Positions 1 through 9,343 of a stretch of 64,000 nucleotides of DNA are shown here, piece after piece (the stretch's first letter is position 1; every line of letters begins with the position of its first letter). The notes beneath the pieces are model-generated. The model ran no database searches and was not told the DNA's origin. It saw only the letters and a list, made by a program, of their open reading frames with translations. A program made the position numbers and the translations under genes. The DNA is taken from assembly GCA_963727625.1 (NCBI GenBank), contig CAVSHR010000004.1:96001-160000 (forward strand), written 5' to 3'. The stretch is from an uncultured delta proteobacterium (GTDB lineage Bacteria > Desulfobacterota > Binatia > UBA9968).

Positions 1-4
1 AGAG

Positions 5-118
5 GTTCAAAAGAGTTCAAGCCGTTTAATTCGTTTTTGGAAGAGGGGCGTGCAAATGGCTGAACGCCTTGGCTTTCCCAACGGTTTGAGCGATTTGAAC
101 TACTTGAACATCTTGAAC
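5..118. repeat. Inverted pair of ~9-bp-period tandem arrays (GTTCAAnnn ... nnnTTGAAC), REP-like
   Basis: Left units gttcaaaaga/gttcaagcc/gtttaattc (5-32); right units ggtttgagc/gatttgaac/tacttgaac/atcttgaac (83-118); related units at 44372-44407 and 45210-45245. Confidence 0.7.
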
Positions 119-126
119 TCTTCCGG

Positions 127-1548
127 TTAATCTTCGATCCCGTATTCCTTCCAGCGCTTCGCGACCAAATCCAAATGTTCCTTCGGTGGTAACGAGATCG
201 CCGGGTATTTGTGCTTCCTGGTGGCGTCGATCGCGACGCGAGAACCGACGTAGCGACTCGGGTGATGCTGCAACACGTCGGCCGGTGCCTGGGAGGGGTC
301 GAGGCCAACAGCCTGAACGTCGCGTTCAATGTAGACATCCTTTTCGGGACGGACATGCCAACTCAGCGCCCAATCGACGGCAAAATCGTCCCAGACATCG
401 ACATCGTGGTCGACGACGACGGTGATCTTGCCAAAACCCGTGCGTTGCGACCAGGCGCCGTACATGAGCTGGCGGACCTGACCGTCGAACTGTTTGTTGA
501 GCGAAATGACCAAATAAGCGCCGCTGCCACCCGCTTCCTTCAATCTTAAATCCTTGATCGGAATGCGCAGCGTGTCTTTCAAATGCTTAAACAGCGGCCA
601 CTCGCGGCCGACGCCGCGAATGCAGCTCGACTCCGACGGCGGCATTTGGCTGATGAAGGCTTGATAGAGCGGCTTGTGGCGGAAGGTCATGCATTTAATG
701 TTGAAGAACGGCTCGTTGCCGGCGGGGCCCATGTAACCCGTGTATTCACCGAACGGACCTTCATGTTCGACGGCGTTGGCAGGGATTTCCCCCTCAAGAA
801 CGATCTCTGCGCTTGCCGGCACTTCCAACGGTACGGTTTCACAGGGCACAAGATCGACCGCCTCGCCGCGTAACGCGCCGGCCACCGCGAACTCGTCCAA
901 CGCCTCCGACATTTTAGACACCGACACGTAGCCGATGGTCGGATCGGCACCAATGACGACGGCCAATGGCGTCGGTTTGTTTTGTGCGTTGTTCTTGTAG
1001 ATATGCCACGCCATGTCTTGGCGCTTACCGATCAACAGACCCGTCTTATTCGGACCTTTGACCTGCATGCGATAGGTGCCGACATTACGCACGCCGGTTT
1101 CCGGATCTTTGGTGATCAGATAAGGGGAGGTGAAGAACGGCGCGGGATCTTCGCCGACGGTCCAAGTCGGCACGGGCAGCTTGGTGATGTCCACGTCTTT
1201 GCCGTGCAGAATATTTTCCTTGCAGGGCGCTTGCTTGACGAGCCTTGGTGGAATGGGATTCTCCAGCGCATTATCCCATTTGCGGTTGATGCCTTCGACC
1301 GAATCGGCCTCGAGTCCGAGGGCGTAAATCTCACGCGACGCGCCGAGCACGCCGGCGACCACAGGAATGTCAAAACCTTTGACATTTTCGAAGACGAGCG
1401 CCGGGCGCTTGCTCGGCGAAATTTTCTTGAAAAGTTGCCGGCAGACGGCGGCGATTTCCCAGTCCTTGTCGACCTCCTTGGTGACCCGTCTGAGTTTGCC
1501 CTGCTTTTCAAGCGCGGCGACATAATCGCGGAGATCGCGGTAAGCCAT
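127..1548 (-). CDS. UbiD family (prFMN-dependent) decarboxylase
   Basis: MAYRDLRDYV start with GGAGG RBS; motifs RNVGTYRMQ, VPASAEIVLEG, EGPFGEYTGY, LDPSQ, IDATR. Confidence 0.93.
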   Translation of the reverse strand: MAYRDLRDYVAALEKQGKLRRVTKEVDKDWEIAAVCRQLFKKISPSKRPALVFENVKGFDIPVVAGVLGASREIYALGLEADSVEGINRKWDNALENPIPPRLVKQAPCKENILHGKDVDITKLPVPTWTVGEDPAPFFTSPYLITKDPETGVRNVGTYRMQVKGPNKTGLLIGKRQDMAWHIYKNNAQNKPTPLAVVIGADPTIGYVSVSKMSEALDEFAVAGALRGEAVDLVPCETVPLEVPASAEIVLEGEIPANAVEHEGPFGEYTGYMGPAGNEPFFNIKCMTFRHKPLYQAFISQMPPSESSCIRGVGREWPLFKHLKDTLRIPIKDLRLKEAGGSGAYLVISLNKQFDGQVRQLMYGAWSQRTGFGKITVVVDHDVDVWDDFAVDWALSWHVRPEKDVYIERDVQAVGLDPSQAPADVLQHHPSRYVGSRVAIDATRKHKYPAISLPPKEHLDLVAKRWKEYGIED

Positions 1549-1763
1549 GAATCCTCCCCAGAACCGATGACTGTCAGTGAAATATTTTTTTCGTATACTA
1601 GACGCAAATCGTTTACATATCAACGTTCGCGATATGAAAGAACGCCAAAACGACAGGAAAGCTGCGGCCCCAGTACGCGCGCATAGCTCTAAGGCAAGAG
1701 AAAGTAAAGCCGTACAAGCGCAAAGAACCGGTAACTAGAGAAGGCAGGCGCGCGCAACGGTTT

Positions 1764-2687
1764 TTAGGCTCTAATTTCAGCGCGCATGAAGATGATATAG
1801 GATATACCAAAGCACACGGCGACCAACGCAAAGAGTGTCGTGATGTGCGGCCAGATTAAATTCAAGCTTTGATCCAGGGCCAACGGCGTCGGGAGGATTC
1901 CTTCGGCTTGGCTCTGCAGGGCTACGCCAAAGACGCGGGCCGCGGGATTAAGCAAAATGCTGACGCTTTCGGAGAACAGCGTGCTCGGTGAAATCCGGTC
2001 GACGACGTTTTCGATATCGGCGCGGCGGGCGATGGCCTCGGGAGTGGTGGCGTCCGGAACGATCATGCCGGAGATCGCCGAGCTGAACACCGAGACAAAC
2101 AACGTTAAGAAAAGCCAGACCGCTATCGACGCCAAGGCGGCGGTGACGGTTTTTTGAAATACCAATGAAAAGAGCATCGCGAGGGCGAGCCAGAAGCCGA
2201 CGTAGAATACTCCCACGGTCGTGAAGATCAGCATGCGCCAGAGCTCCTCGGCATTGGGTGGAAACCCCAGCAGTGTGATGCCGAGGCCGATCACCAGCAG
2301 CAGGATCGAACCCCAGAGAACCGCGACGGTGGTGAGGCCGGCGAGAAACTTGCCGTTGATGAAACTGTCCCGATAGATTGGTTGTGAGAGCACTCGACTG
2401 AGCGTGCCGCGCGCGTATTCGCCGCTGATGGAATCGAATCCCAGGGTGATGCCGACCAGCGGCCCAAAAAAACCGAGAAATGTCGCCAAAGAAAATATCG
2501 ACTCGCCGCTGGAGGTCAAGAGCAGAAGAAATGCGTATTGCGGGGGCACCGTATCGGTATTTTGCCGGATCGCCTGGCCGGTGGCATAGGTGGCCCAGAG
2601 CCCCGATAAGATGATAATGATCAGCAGGATCATGAAACGGCGGCTGCTAAAGTGATCGGCCAATTCTTTCCAGAACACCACACTCAT
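1764..2687 (-). CDS. ABC transporter permease (ABC-2/NosY-like)
   Basis: VFWKELADHF start, GFDSISGEYARGTLSRVLSQPIYR motif, multiple TM segments, adjacent to ABC ATPase. Confidence 0.88.
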   Translation of the reverse strand: MSVVFWKELADHFSSRRFMILLIIIILSGLWATYATGQAIRQNTDTVPPQYAFLLLLTSSGESIFSLATFLGFFGPLVGITLGFDSISGEYARGTLSRVLSQPIYRDSFINGKFLAGLTTVAVLWGSILLLVIGLGITLLGFPPNAEELWRMLIFTTVGVFYVGFWLALAMLFSLVFQKTVTAALASIAVWLFLTLFVSVFSSAISGMIVPDATTPEAIARRADIENVVDRISPSTLFSESVSILLNPAARVFGVALQSQAEGILPTPLALDQSLNLIWPHITTLFALVAVCFGISYIIFMRAEIRA

Positions 2688-2691
2688 GTTT

Positions 2692-3624
2692 TTAGGCCTC
2701 GCGGAAATATTTTAGATAGATCTCTTCCAAGGTCGGGTCTTCGGAGCGCAGTTGGAGCAGCTGCAGCCCCTTGCGCGTGACCAGAGCGACAACCTCCCGG
2801 CGCACGTCCTGGGTGCAGCGCAGAAACCACCCGTTGGGCCGCGCTTCGATCTCATCGACGCCATGAATGCTTTGCAGATCGCGGTCCAAACCGTTGGTGT
2901 CGCCGCTGACATCGAGCAAGAAATTCCATTCGCGGCCTTTCAGGATCGCTTTGCCCAGGTCGTCCATCTGGCCTTGAACGATGAGTTTTCCTTTGACGAT
3001 GATACCGATACGGGTACAAATCTGCTGAACCTGCTGCAATTGATGCGAAGACAACATCACGGTCAGTCCGTACTCGCGGTTCAAATTTTTGATCAGTTCA
3101 AGAATGCGGATGGCACCGTCGGGGTCGATGCCCAGGGTCGGTTCGTCAAGAATGATCGCTTTGGGATTTTTTATCAAAACTTCGGCGATGCCCAAGCGCT
3201 GTTTCATGCCGCGGGAAAATTCTTTCACCCAGCGCCGGCTGTCGTCGGCGAGGCCGACCTGCTCCAAAACCTGGGAAGCGCGCCGGCGCGTCTCGTCTTC
3301 CGGAATGCGGTTGAGCCGCGCCATGTAAAGCAGATTCTCTCTGGCGCTGATGTCGTCGTAGAAGCCCGGATTTTCCGGAAGGTAGCCGACCCGTCGTTTG
3401 ACGTCCAACGATTCATGAGTCGGGTTGAAACCGCACACGGAGACCTGGCCTGAAGTCGGTTCAGTCAAGCCAAGCAACATCAATATGGTCGTAGTTTTGC
3501 CGGCGCCGTTGGGACCGAGGAATCCGAATACCTCGCCTTCCTGCACCGTCAGGTTGAGGGCGTTGACCGCGAGTTTTTCGCGGTAACGCTTGGTCAAGTC
3601 TTTGGTTTCGACAACAGCGCTCAT
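2692..3624 (-). CDS. ABC transporter ATP-binding protein
   Basis: Walker A GPNGAGKTT, signature FSRGMKQR, Walker B IILDEP, H-loop SSH. Confidence 0.95.
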   Translation of the reverse strand: MSAVVETKDLTKRYREKLAVNALNLTVQEGEVFGFLGPNGAGKTTTILMLLGLTEPTSGQVSVCGFNPTHESLDVKRRVGYLPENPGFYDDISARENLLYMARLNRIPEDETRRRASQVLEQVGLADDSRRWVKEFSRGMKQRLGIAEVLIKNPKAIILDEPTLGIDPDGAIRILELIKNLNREYGLTVMLSSHQLQQVQQICTRIGIIVKGKLIVQGQMDDLGKAILKGREWNFLLDVSGDTNGLDRDLQSIHGVDEIEARPNGWFLRCTQDVRREVVALVTRKGLQLLQLRSEDPTLEEIYLKYFREA

Positions 3625-4865
3625 CGACGGCCCAGACGGAAAAACACCGCAGCCAGCCCAAGCACGACCAGACCGACGATGCCAAAACCGATCCAGCCCC
3701 AGATCGTCGGGGTGGAAACAGTCACGCGAAACTCGGCTGATTTATTTGCCTCCACGGAATTCGCGGTAAGCGTCAACATATAATCGCCGGCGATGGTTCG
3801 GTCCGGCGCCAAAATATCCATTTTGATCTGGCGCACTTCACCGGGGCCCAACGAATCGATCTTCTCCGGCTTGAATTCGACGGTCCATTTGTCGCTGGGT
3901 TTTTTGGTGACAAAACTGAGGTTGCGAATCGGCGCCGTGCCGGCGTTGCCGACGACGAAGTCGATCGCGGTTTTCGTTCCGGCGATCACCGACGTATTGA
4001 GGGTGCCCGCCAGCGTACCCATTTTCAGATCTTGGGTGCCTTTCAACGAAACTTTGACACTCGTCGATGCCTCGTAGGCGCCGGCACGCGCGGAGATCGT
4101 GACCGGATATTCCTTGGCGTCGGCGGTGGCGGGAGTGTCGATCTCCACGCTCAAGGTTTCCGATCCGTTTTCTTTGACTTGAATCGACGAGATTTGCTGA
4201 TCGCCGAACTGCGGCTTGAAACGCACGTTCCAACCTTGCGGCGCTTTCGCGACTAAAGAAGTCGGCAGCGGTTTGTTGGTTTCATTTTTCAGGTCGATGG
4301 TAAATTTTAAAGTCTGCCCGGAGCCGGCGCTGAGCACAGGGTATTGACTGCTGAGCTTGATGCCGCCGGTTTCAATCTTCTTGGAGGTTACTCGGTAATT
4401 GATTGTTTCAACGTACCGAGTGGTTCCCTTGGTGTCTTTCGCCGTCACCTTGATCGGGTAAGTTCCCGGTTTAGTCTTTTCGGGAACTTTGGCTTTGAAC
4501 TCAAGGGTGGTCGATTTGTTCGCAGTTTGATCGCCGCCTTGCACCATGACCGAGCGCACTGGAAAGCTCGGATATCTCGAGTTGAAGTTGACCTCCCAAC
4601 CGGCAGGAACGCCTTCAATCATCAGACTGACCTCCACCGGTTCCTTGGTTCGGTTAACGATCTCAGCGTCCATCGTGGCGTCTTGTCCCTGACCCACGGT
4701 GAGATCCTTGAACGGTAGGATCAGGTTGAATGATTCTTTTGACGGGGGCGCAGCAGTCGTCTCGGCGGCTAAGCCGATCGAAATAAAACTCGCTGAGAAA
4801 ACCAAACACAAGGCGAACAGCAGCGAAAACTTCGGCAGGCGCGGTCTGATTGCCCCGACCCTCAT
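3621..4865 (-). CDS. Membrane-anchored protein with three NEW3-like Ig-fold repeats
   Basis: Signal peptide, repeated PAGWEVNF/PQGWNVRF/SDKWTVEF units each followed by a PGTY/AKEY/AGDY-type motif, C-terminal TM ending GRR; start taken at ATG 4865 after a GAGGG RBS. Confidence 0.75.
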   Translation of the reverse strand: MRVGAIRPRLPKFSLLFALCLVFSASFISIGLAAETTAAPPSKESFNLILPFKDLTVGQGQDATMDAEIVNRTKEPVEVSLMIEGVPAGWEVNFNSRYPSFPVRSVMVQGGDQTANKSTTLEFKAKVPEKTKPGTYPIKVTAKDTKGTTRYVETINYRVTSKKIETGGIKLSSQYPVLSAGSGQTLKFTIDLKNETNKPLPTSLVAKAPQGWNVRFKPQFGDQQISSIQVKENGSETLSVEIDTPATADAKEYPVTISARAGAYEASTSVKVSLKGTQDLKMGTLAGTLNTSVIAGTKTAIDFVVGNAGTAPIRNLSFVTKKPSDKWTVEFKPEKIDSLGPGEVRQIKMDILAPDRTIAGDYMLTLTANSVEANKSAEFRVTVSTPTIWGWIGFGIVGLVVLGLAAVFFRLGRR

Positions 4866-4942
4866 ATCAACCCCCTCGTTAGTAAAAAAATTATTTTGAT
4901 AGATAACCGTTATCATTACGACCGTCAAGGGCCTTTAGCGGT

Positions 4943-5395
4943 TTAAGCTCTTCCGAGTTGGCGCAACCCTTCGTAAAGCACGATGGAAACCGCATTGGAA
5001 AGATTGAGGCTGCGCACTCCGCTGCCCATCATCGGAATTCGCAGCGCGCGCGCGGGATCGCGATCAATAAATGCCTGCGGCAAGCCCCGCGTTTCGGGGC
5101 CAAACACGAGAAAGTCATCGTCGTGATAGTGTATCGCCGAATAGGATTTGCTCGCGCGCTTGGAGAAAAACCACAGTTGCCGCGGCGCCGCAGCGTCGAG
5201 AAAACACTGCCAGGATGGATGCACATTCAAGTCGACGAACTCCCAATAGTCGAGCCCGGCGCGTTTTAAATGTTTGTCATCGATTTTGAACCCCAGGGGC
5301 TCGATCAAATGAAGCGGCGTGAGAGTCGCGGCGCACAGGCGCGCCACGCTGCCGGTGTTGGGCGGAATCTCGGGTTGGTACAAGACTACTTGCAC
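4943..5395 (-). CDS. trmL: tRNA (cytidine/uridine(34)-2'-O)-methyltransferase
   Basis: [41 protein letters not shown] motifs. Confidence 0.95.
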   Translation of the reverse strand: MQVVLYQPEIPPNTGSVARLCAATLTPLHLIEPLGFKIDDKHLKRAGLDYWEFVDLNVHPSWQCFLDAAAPRQLWFFSKRASKSYSAIHYHDDDFLVFGPETRGLPQAFIDRDPARALRIPMMGSGVRSLNLSNAVSIVLYEGLRQLGRA

Positions 5396-5835
5396 GGCGC
5401 GCTTTCCAGCACCAAGGTTACCGGGCCGTCGTTTACCAGCGACACTTCCATGTGCGCTTGAAAACGCCCGGTGGCGACAACCAGGCCGGAGTCGCGTAAA
5501 CGCTGCGCGAAACGCCGGTACAATCGTTCGGCTCGCTCGGCGGGCGCCGCGCCGGCAAAAGAGGGGCGATTGCCTTTTCGGCAGTCGCCGTACAGGGTGA
5601 ACTGCGAAACCACCAGGAGCGCGCCGCCGGTGTCCGTCACCGATCGGTTCATTTTTCCTTGTTCGTCGTCGAAAATACGGAGGGATTTGATTTTGTCGGC
5701 GAAACTGTCGGCGTCCTCATCGTCGTCTTCCGTGCCGACGCCCAGGAAAACGCACAGGCCGGCGCCGATCTTGCCGACAATTAGATTGGCTACAGAGACT
5801 GTTGCTTGGGAAACTCTTTGAACGACGACGCGCAC
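5386..5835 (-). CDS. dtd: D-aminoacyl-tRNA deacylase
   Basis: VVVQRV start (GTG 5835), LRIF..GKMN, SQFTL, GNRPSF, NDGPVT. Confidence 0.95.
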   Translation of the reverse strand: MRVVVQRVSQATVSVANLIVGKIGAGLCVFLGVGTEDDDEDADSFADKIKSLRIFDDEQGKMNRSVTDTGGALLVVSQFTLYGDCRKGNRPSFAGAAPAERAERLYRRFAQRLRDSGLVVATGRFQAHMEVSLVNDGPVTLVLESAPCK

Positions 5836-6002
5836 GGTACGTTGAATCAGTCCTCGAATAAGACGGCATGTCCCGAGCGACGCAAGCCGGTGACCCGTCA
5901 CTGCTCGGCTCCGTCCCCACTATCAAACTGTTAACAGAGATTGTTCCTGGTGACAACAATGTCGAAGATGTTAGTATCCGATGATCTTTTGCCTGTGATT
6001 CC

Positions 6003-6749
6003 ATGCGTACACGGAGAGTTTTGCGGTTATTTTTGCCCGCCTTCTTTGCGGCATTTCTCCTGCCTCGGGTTTTCCCGATGGATTTGGGCCGAGCTTTCGC
6101 ATTCGAGGCGGCTTCTCAGGCCGGCAGCCTCGAAGGCAAAGTAATTCTCGCTGCGCTGTTTAAAAAAACTCGGCCGTTGCGGGTATTTAAGAACCGTGAT
6201 TTTTGCGGCGCCACGGTGGTTAACGAGACCCTGCTGGTGGGCGCCGAGGGCGGCCTGCGAAACGCCGTCGTTCTACTGCATTCGCTTGCGGCGAAGGCCG
6301 TAACGCGCCCGATGTTTTTGACGCTCGACAATCAGCGCTGTCGTTTCGCGCCTCATGTCCAAGTCGCCACGATTGGCAGCGAGCTGCTATTGACCAACAG
6401 CGATCCGATTCTCCACACCGTGCATGCGCGATTGGGAGCCGAGACTTTGTTTAACGTCGGTCTGCCGATATGGCGCCGGGTCAGCAAATTGCTCGACCGC
6501 GTCGGCATGATTAGAATCAACTGCGATGTCTTGCACACCTGGATGAGCGCCGCGATCGTGGTCACCAATACGCCATACTTTGCATTGACCGACGCCGCCG
6601 GCCGCTTCAGGATCGACGGCCTGCCCGCCGGTGAGTATGAAATGGAAACGTGGCATGAGATTTTGGGATCGCGCCGGATGCTCGTTTCAGTTGCACCCGA
6701 TGCTCTGAGCAATGTCGAGGTGATTTATTCCCCGGCAAAAATCCGTTAG
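6003..6749 (+). CDS. Secreted cupredoxin-like plus carboxypeptidase-regulatory-like domain protein
   Basis: CRFAPHV, NSDPILHTVH, CDVLHTWM, YFALTD..GRFRIDGLPAGEY..WHE. Confidence 0.7.
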   Translation: MRTRRVLRLFLPAFFAAFLLPRVFPMDLGRAFAFEAASQAGSLEGKVILAALFKKTRPLRVFKNRDFCGATVVNETLLVGAEGGLRNAVVLLHSLAAKAVTRPMFLTLDNQRCRFAPHVQVATIGSELLLTNSDPILHTVHARLGAETLFNVGLPIWRRVSKLLDRVGMIRINCDVLHTWMSAAIVVTNTPYFALTDAAGRFRIDGLPAGEYEMETWHEILGSRRMLVSVAPDALSNVEVIYSPAKIR

Positions 6750-6805
6750 TACTAGATGGCGGCAGGGGACATGATATCCTCGCTCGCATTGGTGGATTCA
6801 TTGCG

Positions 6806-7588
6806 ATGTATCCCGTAATCTTTCAATTCGGTCCGATCACGATTTACAGCTTTGGCCTCTTCATGGCGCTGGCGGCGCTGTCGGCGGCCTGGGTGGTTCA
6901 CACCGAGCTCAAGCGCAGAGGGTTTGATCCCGAGGTCGCCTCAACGATGGTTTTCGCCGCGGCCATCGGCGGATTGGTCGGCGCGCGGCTTTTGTTCATT
7001 GTCGAAGAGTGGAGCAATTTTCTCGCCGCGCCCTTAAGCTTTATCTTCACGGGCGCCGGTTTTACCTGGTACGGCGGTTTTCTAGGCGGAACCGCCGCGG
7101 TTTCCTGGGTGGTTAGGAAAAACAAAATTCCTTGGCTCGTCGGCGCCGATATCGCCGCTCCTGCCTTGGCGATCGCCTACGGCGTGGGGCGCATCGGTTG
7201 CCACGTGGCCGGCGACGGCGATTGGGGAAAGGTCACCGACATGCCGTGGGGCGTTGCCTATACCAACGCGATCATCGGCTGGGTCAATCCGACAACCGGA
7301 ATTCCGTATCCGCCGGGTGTGCGCGTCCATCCCACGCCCCTTTACGAATTCGGCGAATCGGTGATCGTGTTCGCGGTTCTCTGGTCGATGCGGAAGCGGG
7401 GCTACGCTCCCGGAACGCTGGCGTGGCTCTACCTGATACTTGCCGGTTTTGCACGTTTTATCGTCGAGTTTTGGCGCATCAATCCGGCGCTGGGATGGGG
7501 GCTCAGCGAATCCCAATGGTTCAGTCTCGGGCTGATCGCGCTTGGGTTATTTCTCCTCGCCACGCGATCGGTCAGGGCGGCAACTTGA
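6806..7588 (+). CDS. lgt: Prolipoprotein diacylglyceryl transferase
   Basis: GARL, WYGG, GRIGC, HPTPLYE, RFIVEFWR motifs. Confidence 0.93.
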   Translation: MYPVIFQFGPITIYSFGLFMALAALSAAWVVHTELKRRGFDPEVASTMVFAAAIGGLVGARLLFIVEEWSNFLAAPLSFIFTGAGFTWYGGFLGGTAAVSWVVRKNKIPWLVGADIAAPALAIAYGVGRIGCHVAGDGDWGKVTDMPWGVAYTNAIIGWVNPTTGIPYPPGVRVHPTPLYEFGESVIVFAVLWSMRKRGYAPGTLAWLYLILAGFARFIVEFWRINPALGWGLSESQWFSLGLIALGLFLLATRSVRAAT

Positions 7589-7627
7589 AATCGGATCAAT
7601 TGCTAGGCACACTTCGGCGCAGTGTTG

Positions 7628-8026
7628 ATGAAACGATATATCGTCATATTCAGCTGTCTGTCGGTGTTTTACGCTGGAGCCGATTGGGCCTTTGTGGGTT
7701 GTCGTAATCTCGCCGGCGACGGCGCCTGGCATCATCACGCCGCAGAAACAGCTTCGCCGCGTCCACCAGACGCGCCGCCGTCCCACCATAACCATTCGGT
7801 TCCGGGCAAGATCCACTGCTTGAATTTTTTCGGCGAGTTTCTTCAGAGCGCACGGGTAACGGTCAATCCGGATCGCGGCTCGGTCAGCTACACCACCCGG
7901 GGCGGAATGCAGCTCAGTGGCAATCTTGCCGGCGCGATACCGCAACATTGGATCAATGGTCCGCCCGATTCAGGCACTGTAAAAACTTTTCCGCGCCATC
8001 TGCTTCTTTCTGTGCTCCGCATCTAA
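7628..8026 (+). CDS. Secreted His/Cys-containing upstream (leader-like) protein, copy 1
   Basis: Signal peptide ending WAF; HHH and HHNH; GKIHC; C-terminus GPP...RHLLLSVLRI; motifs shared with 12425-12832. Confidence 0.7.
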   Translation: MKRYIVIFSCLSVFYAGADWAFVGCRNLAGDGAWHHHAAETASPRPPDAPPSHHNHSVPGKIHCLNFFGEFLQSARVTVNPDRGSVSYTTRGGMQLSGNLAGAIPQHWINGPPDSGTVKTFPRHLLLSVLRI

Positions 8027-8051
8027 CGCCGTGCTGCCGGCGGTTTTTTTT
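8027..8051 (+). terminator. Intrinsic terminator-like hairpin abutting the leader ORF stop codon
   Basis: cgccg-tgctgc-cggcg followed by g and T8, starting immediately after TAA (8024-8026). Confidence 0.65.
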
Positions 8052-8145
8052 CACTGTCTCCCATAAAATTTGTTTAAGCGAGCAATCGGGAGCATTGGCG
8101 GTCCGACGTTTACAGGTCCGGCTCGCGATCTATCGAGGATCAACT

Positions 8146-8832
8146 ATGCACTTTCGACAATGGACGACGATTGTCGTCTCGATATTCTCATTGTTTAGCG
8201 CTGCGGTATCGGTAAGAGCCCACGGCGAAGGCAAGACACAGGGACCGGGCGAGTCGAGCGCCGAGCTACATCATCCCGCGGATTGGCGCTTCAGCATGCC
8301 GCGGGGCGATGCCGCCAAGGGGCGCCAGGTTTTTCAAAAATTCGAATGTTACGACTGCCACGAAGTGCGAGGGGAAAACTTTCCTTTCCCTACGGACATC
8401 AGCGCACCCGAGTTAAGTCAAATGGGATCCTTACACCCAATGGAGTTCTTTGCAGAGTCGGTGATCAATCCCGACGCCGTCGTTCCGAAACAGTATCGTG
8501 ACGCGGAGGGGAAGTCGCCCATGTCCCGCTATCACATCGACAAAATGACCCTGAGGGAATTTATCGATCTAACAACTTTTATCGCTTCCCTGAAGCCTCC
8601 TGCCGCCGCGAAGAGAGTGACCGGCCTCGGAAAAATCATCGCGATCACGACCTCGACTGGCGAGTTGGTACTCGACCACGAGCGTCTCCAAGGATTCATG
8701 GACGCGATGACCATGGGCTATAAGGTCAGCGCGCCGAAACTACTTGATGGCCTCAAACCCGGCGACAGGGTTTCGTTTACCCTCGACACCTCGCGCCGTG
8801 TCATCACTAAGATCGAAAAGGTAAAGCATTAA
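8146..8832 (+). CDS. Cytochrome c (SoxX-like class I) fused to CusF-type copper-binding domain
   Basis: ATG 8146 after GAGG; signal peptide; GDAAKGRQVF..CYDCH; ESVINP; C-terminal LDHERLQGFMDAMTMGY..LKPGDRVSF. Confidence 0.85.
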   Translation: MHFRQWTTIVVSIFSLFSAAVSVRAHGEGKTQGPGESSAELHHPADWRFSMPRGDAAKGRQVFQKFECYDCHEVRGENFPFPTDISAPELSQMGSLHPMEFFAESVINPDAVVPKQYRDAEGKSPMSRYHIDKMTLREFIDLTTFIASLKPPAAAKRVTGLGKIIAITTSTGELVLDHERLQGFMDAMTMGYKVSAPKLLDGLKPGDRVSFTLDTSRRVITKIEKVKH

Positions 8833-8843
8833 CGAGAGGATTT

Positions 8844-9314
8844 ATGCAATTCACAAAAAAGTTGTTACTGATGCTCTTTGGATTTTCGCTCTCCGGTTGT
8901 TCCTCGTATATTCCGGCCGCGCTAACGCCAAATCATCCGGCCCATCCTGACGCGGCGTTGGGACTGGCAGGACCGCGCTCGATGACGCTCGTCTACGCGG
9001 CGTCGGATTTACCGTCTCAAGCGAAGCCCGTGCGGTCCGTGGACGAGGAACGGACCGAACTCGATGCGCACAGCAGCGCGCAGGGTGCAACGCCAAGACT
9101 CGCGACCGGCGAAGGCAGCGTGATCGCGGTGGTGCCCGGGGCGAGCCAACTGGTGGTCGAGCATGGCGAGATCAAGGGCTTCATGGACGCCATGACTATG
9201 GGTTACCGCGTTGAGCCGAAGCAATTGCTCGATCTCATTAAAGCGGGTGACAAGGTGCGCTTCTCCATCGACGTGGAGAAAAAAACCATCGTCAAGCTGA
9301 AGAAAATTCCCTGA
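8844..9314 (+). CDS. CusF-family copper-binding lipoprotein
   Basis: Lipobox LSGC, HPAHP, VEHGEIKGFMDAMTMGY..IKAGDKVRF. Confidence 0.85.
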   Translation: MQFTKKLLLMLFGFSLSGCSSYIPAALTPNHPAHPDAALGLAGPRSMTLVYAASDLPSQAKPVRSVDEERTELDAHSSAQGATPRLATGEGSVIAVVPGASQLVVEHGEIKGFMDAMTMGYRVEPKQLLDLIKAGDKVRFSIDVEKKTIVKLKKIP

Positions 9315-9343
9315 CGGCGAAAGGTTTTCGCTGGAGCAATCCT

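Noticed and set aside
5-118. CRISPR array interpretation of the GTTCAA/TTGAAC repeats
   Set aside because: Units are ~9 nt, contiguous and lack unique spacers; no cas genes in the window.
7590-7627. Sigma54 promoter before leader copy 1
   Set aside because: TTGCT is present but there is no GG at the -24 position; the ORF may be read through from lgt.
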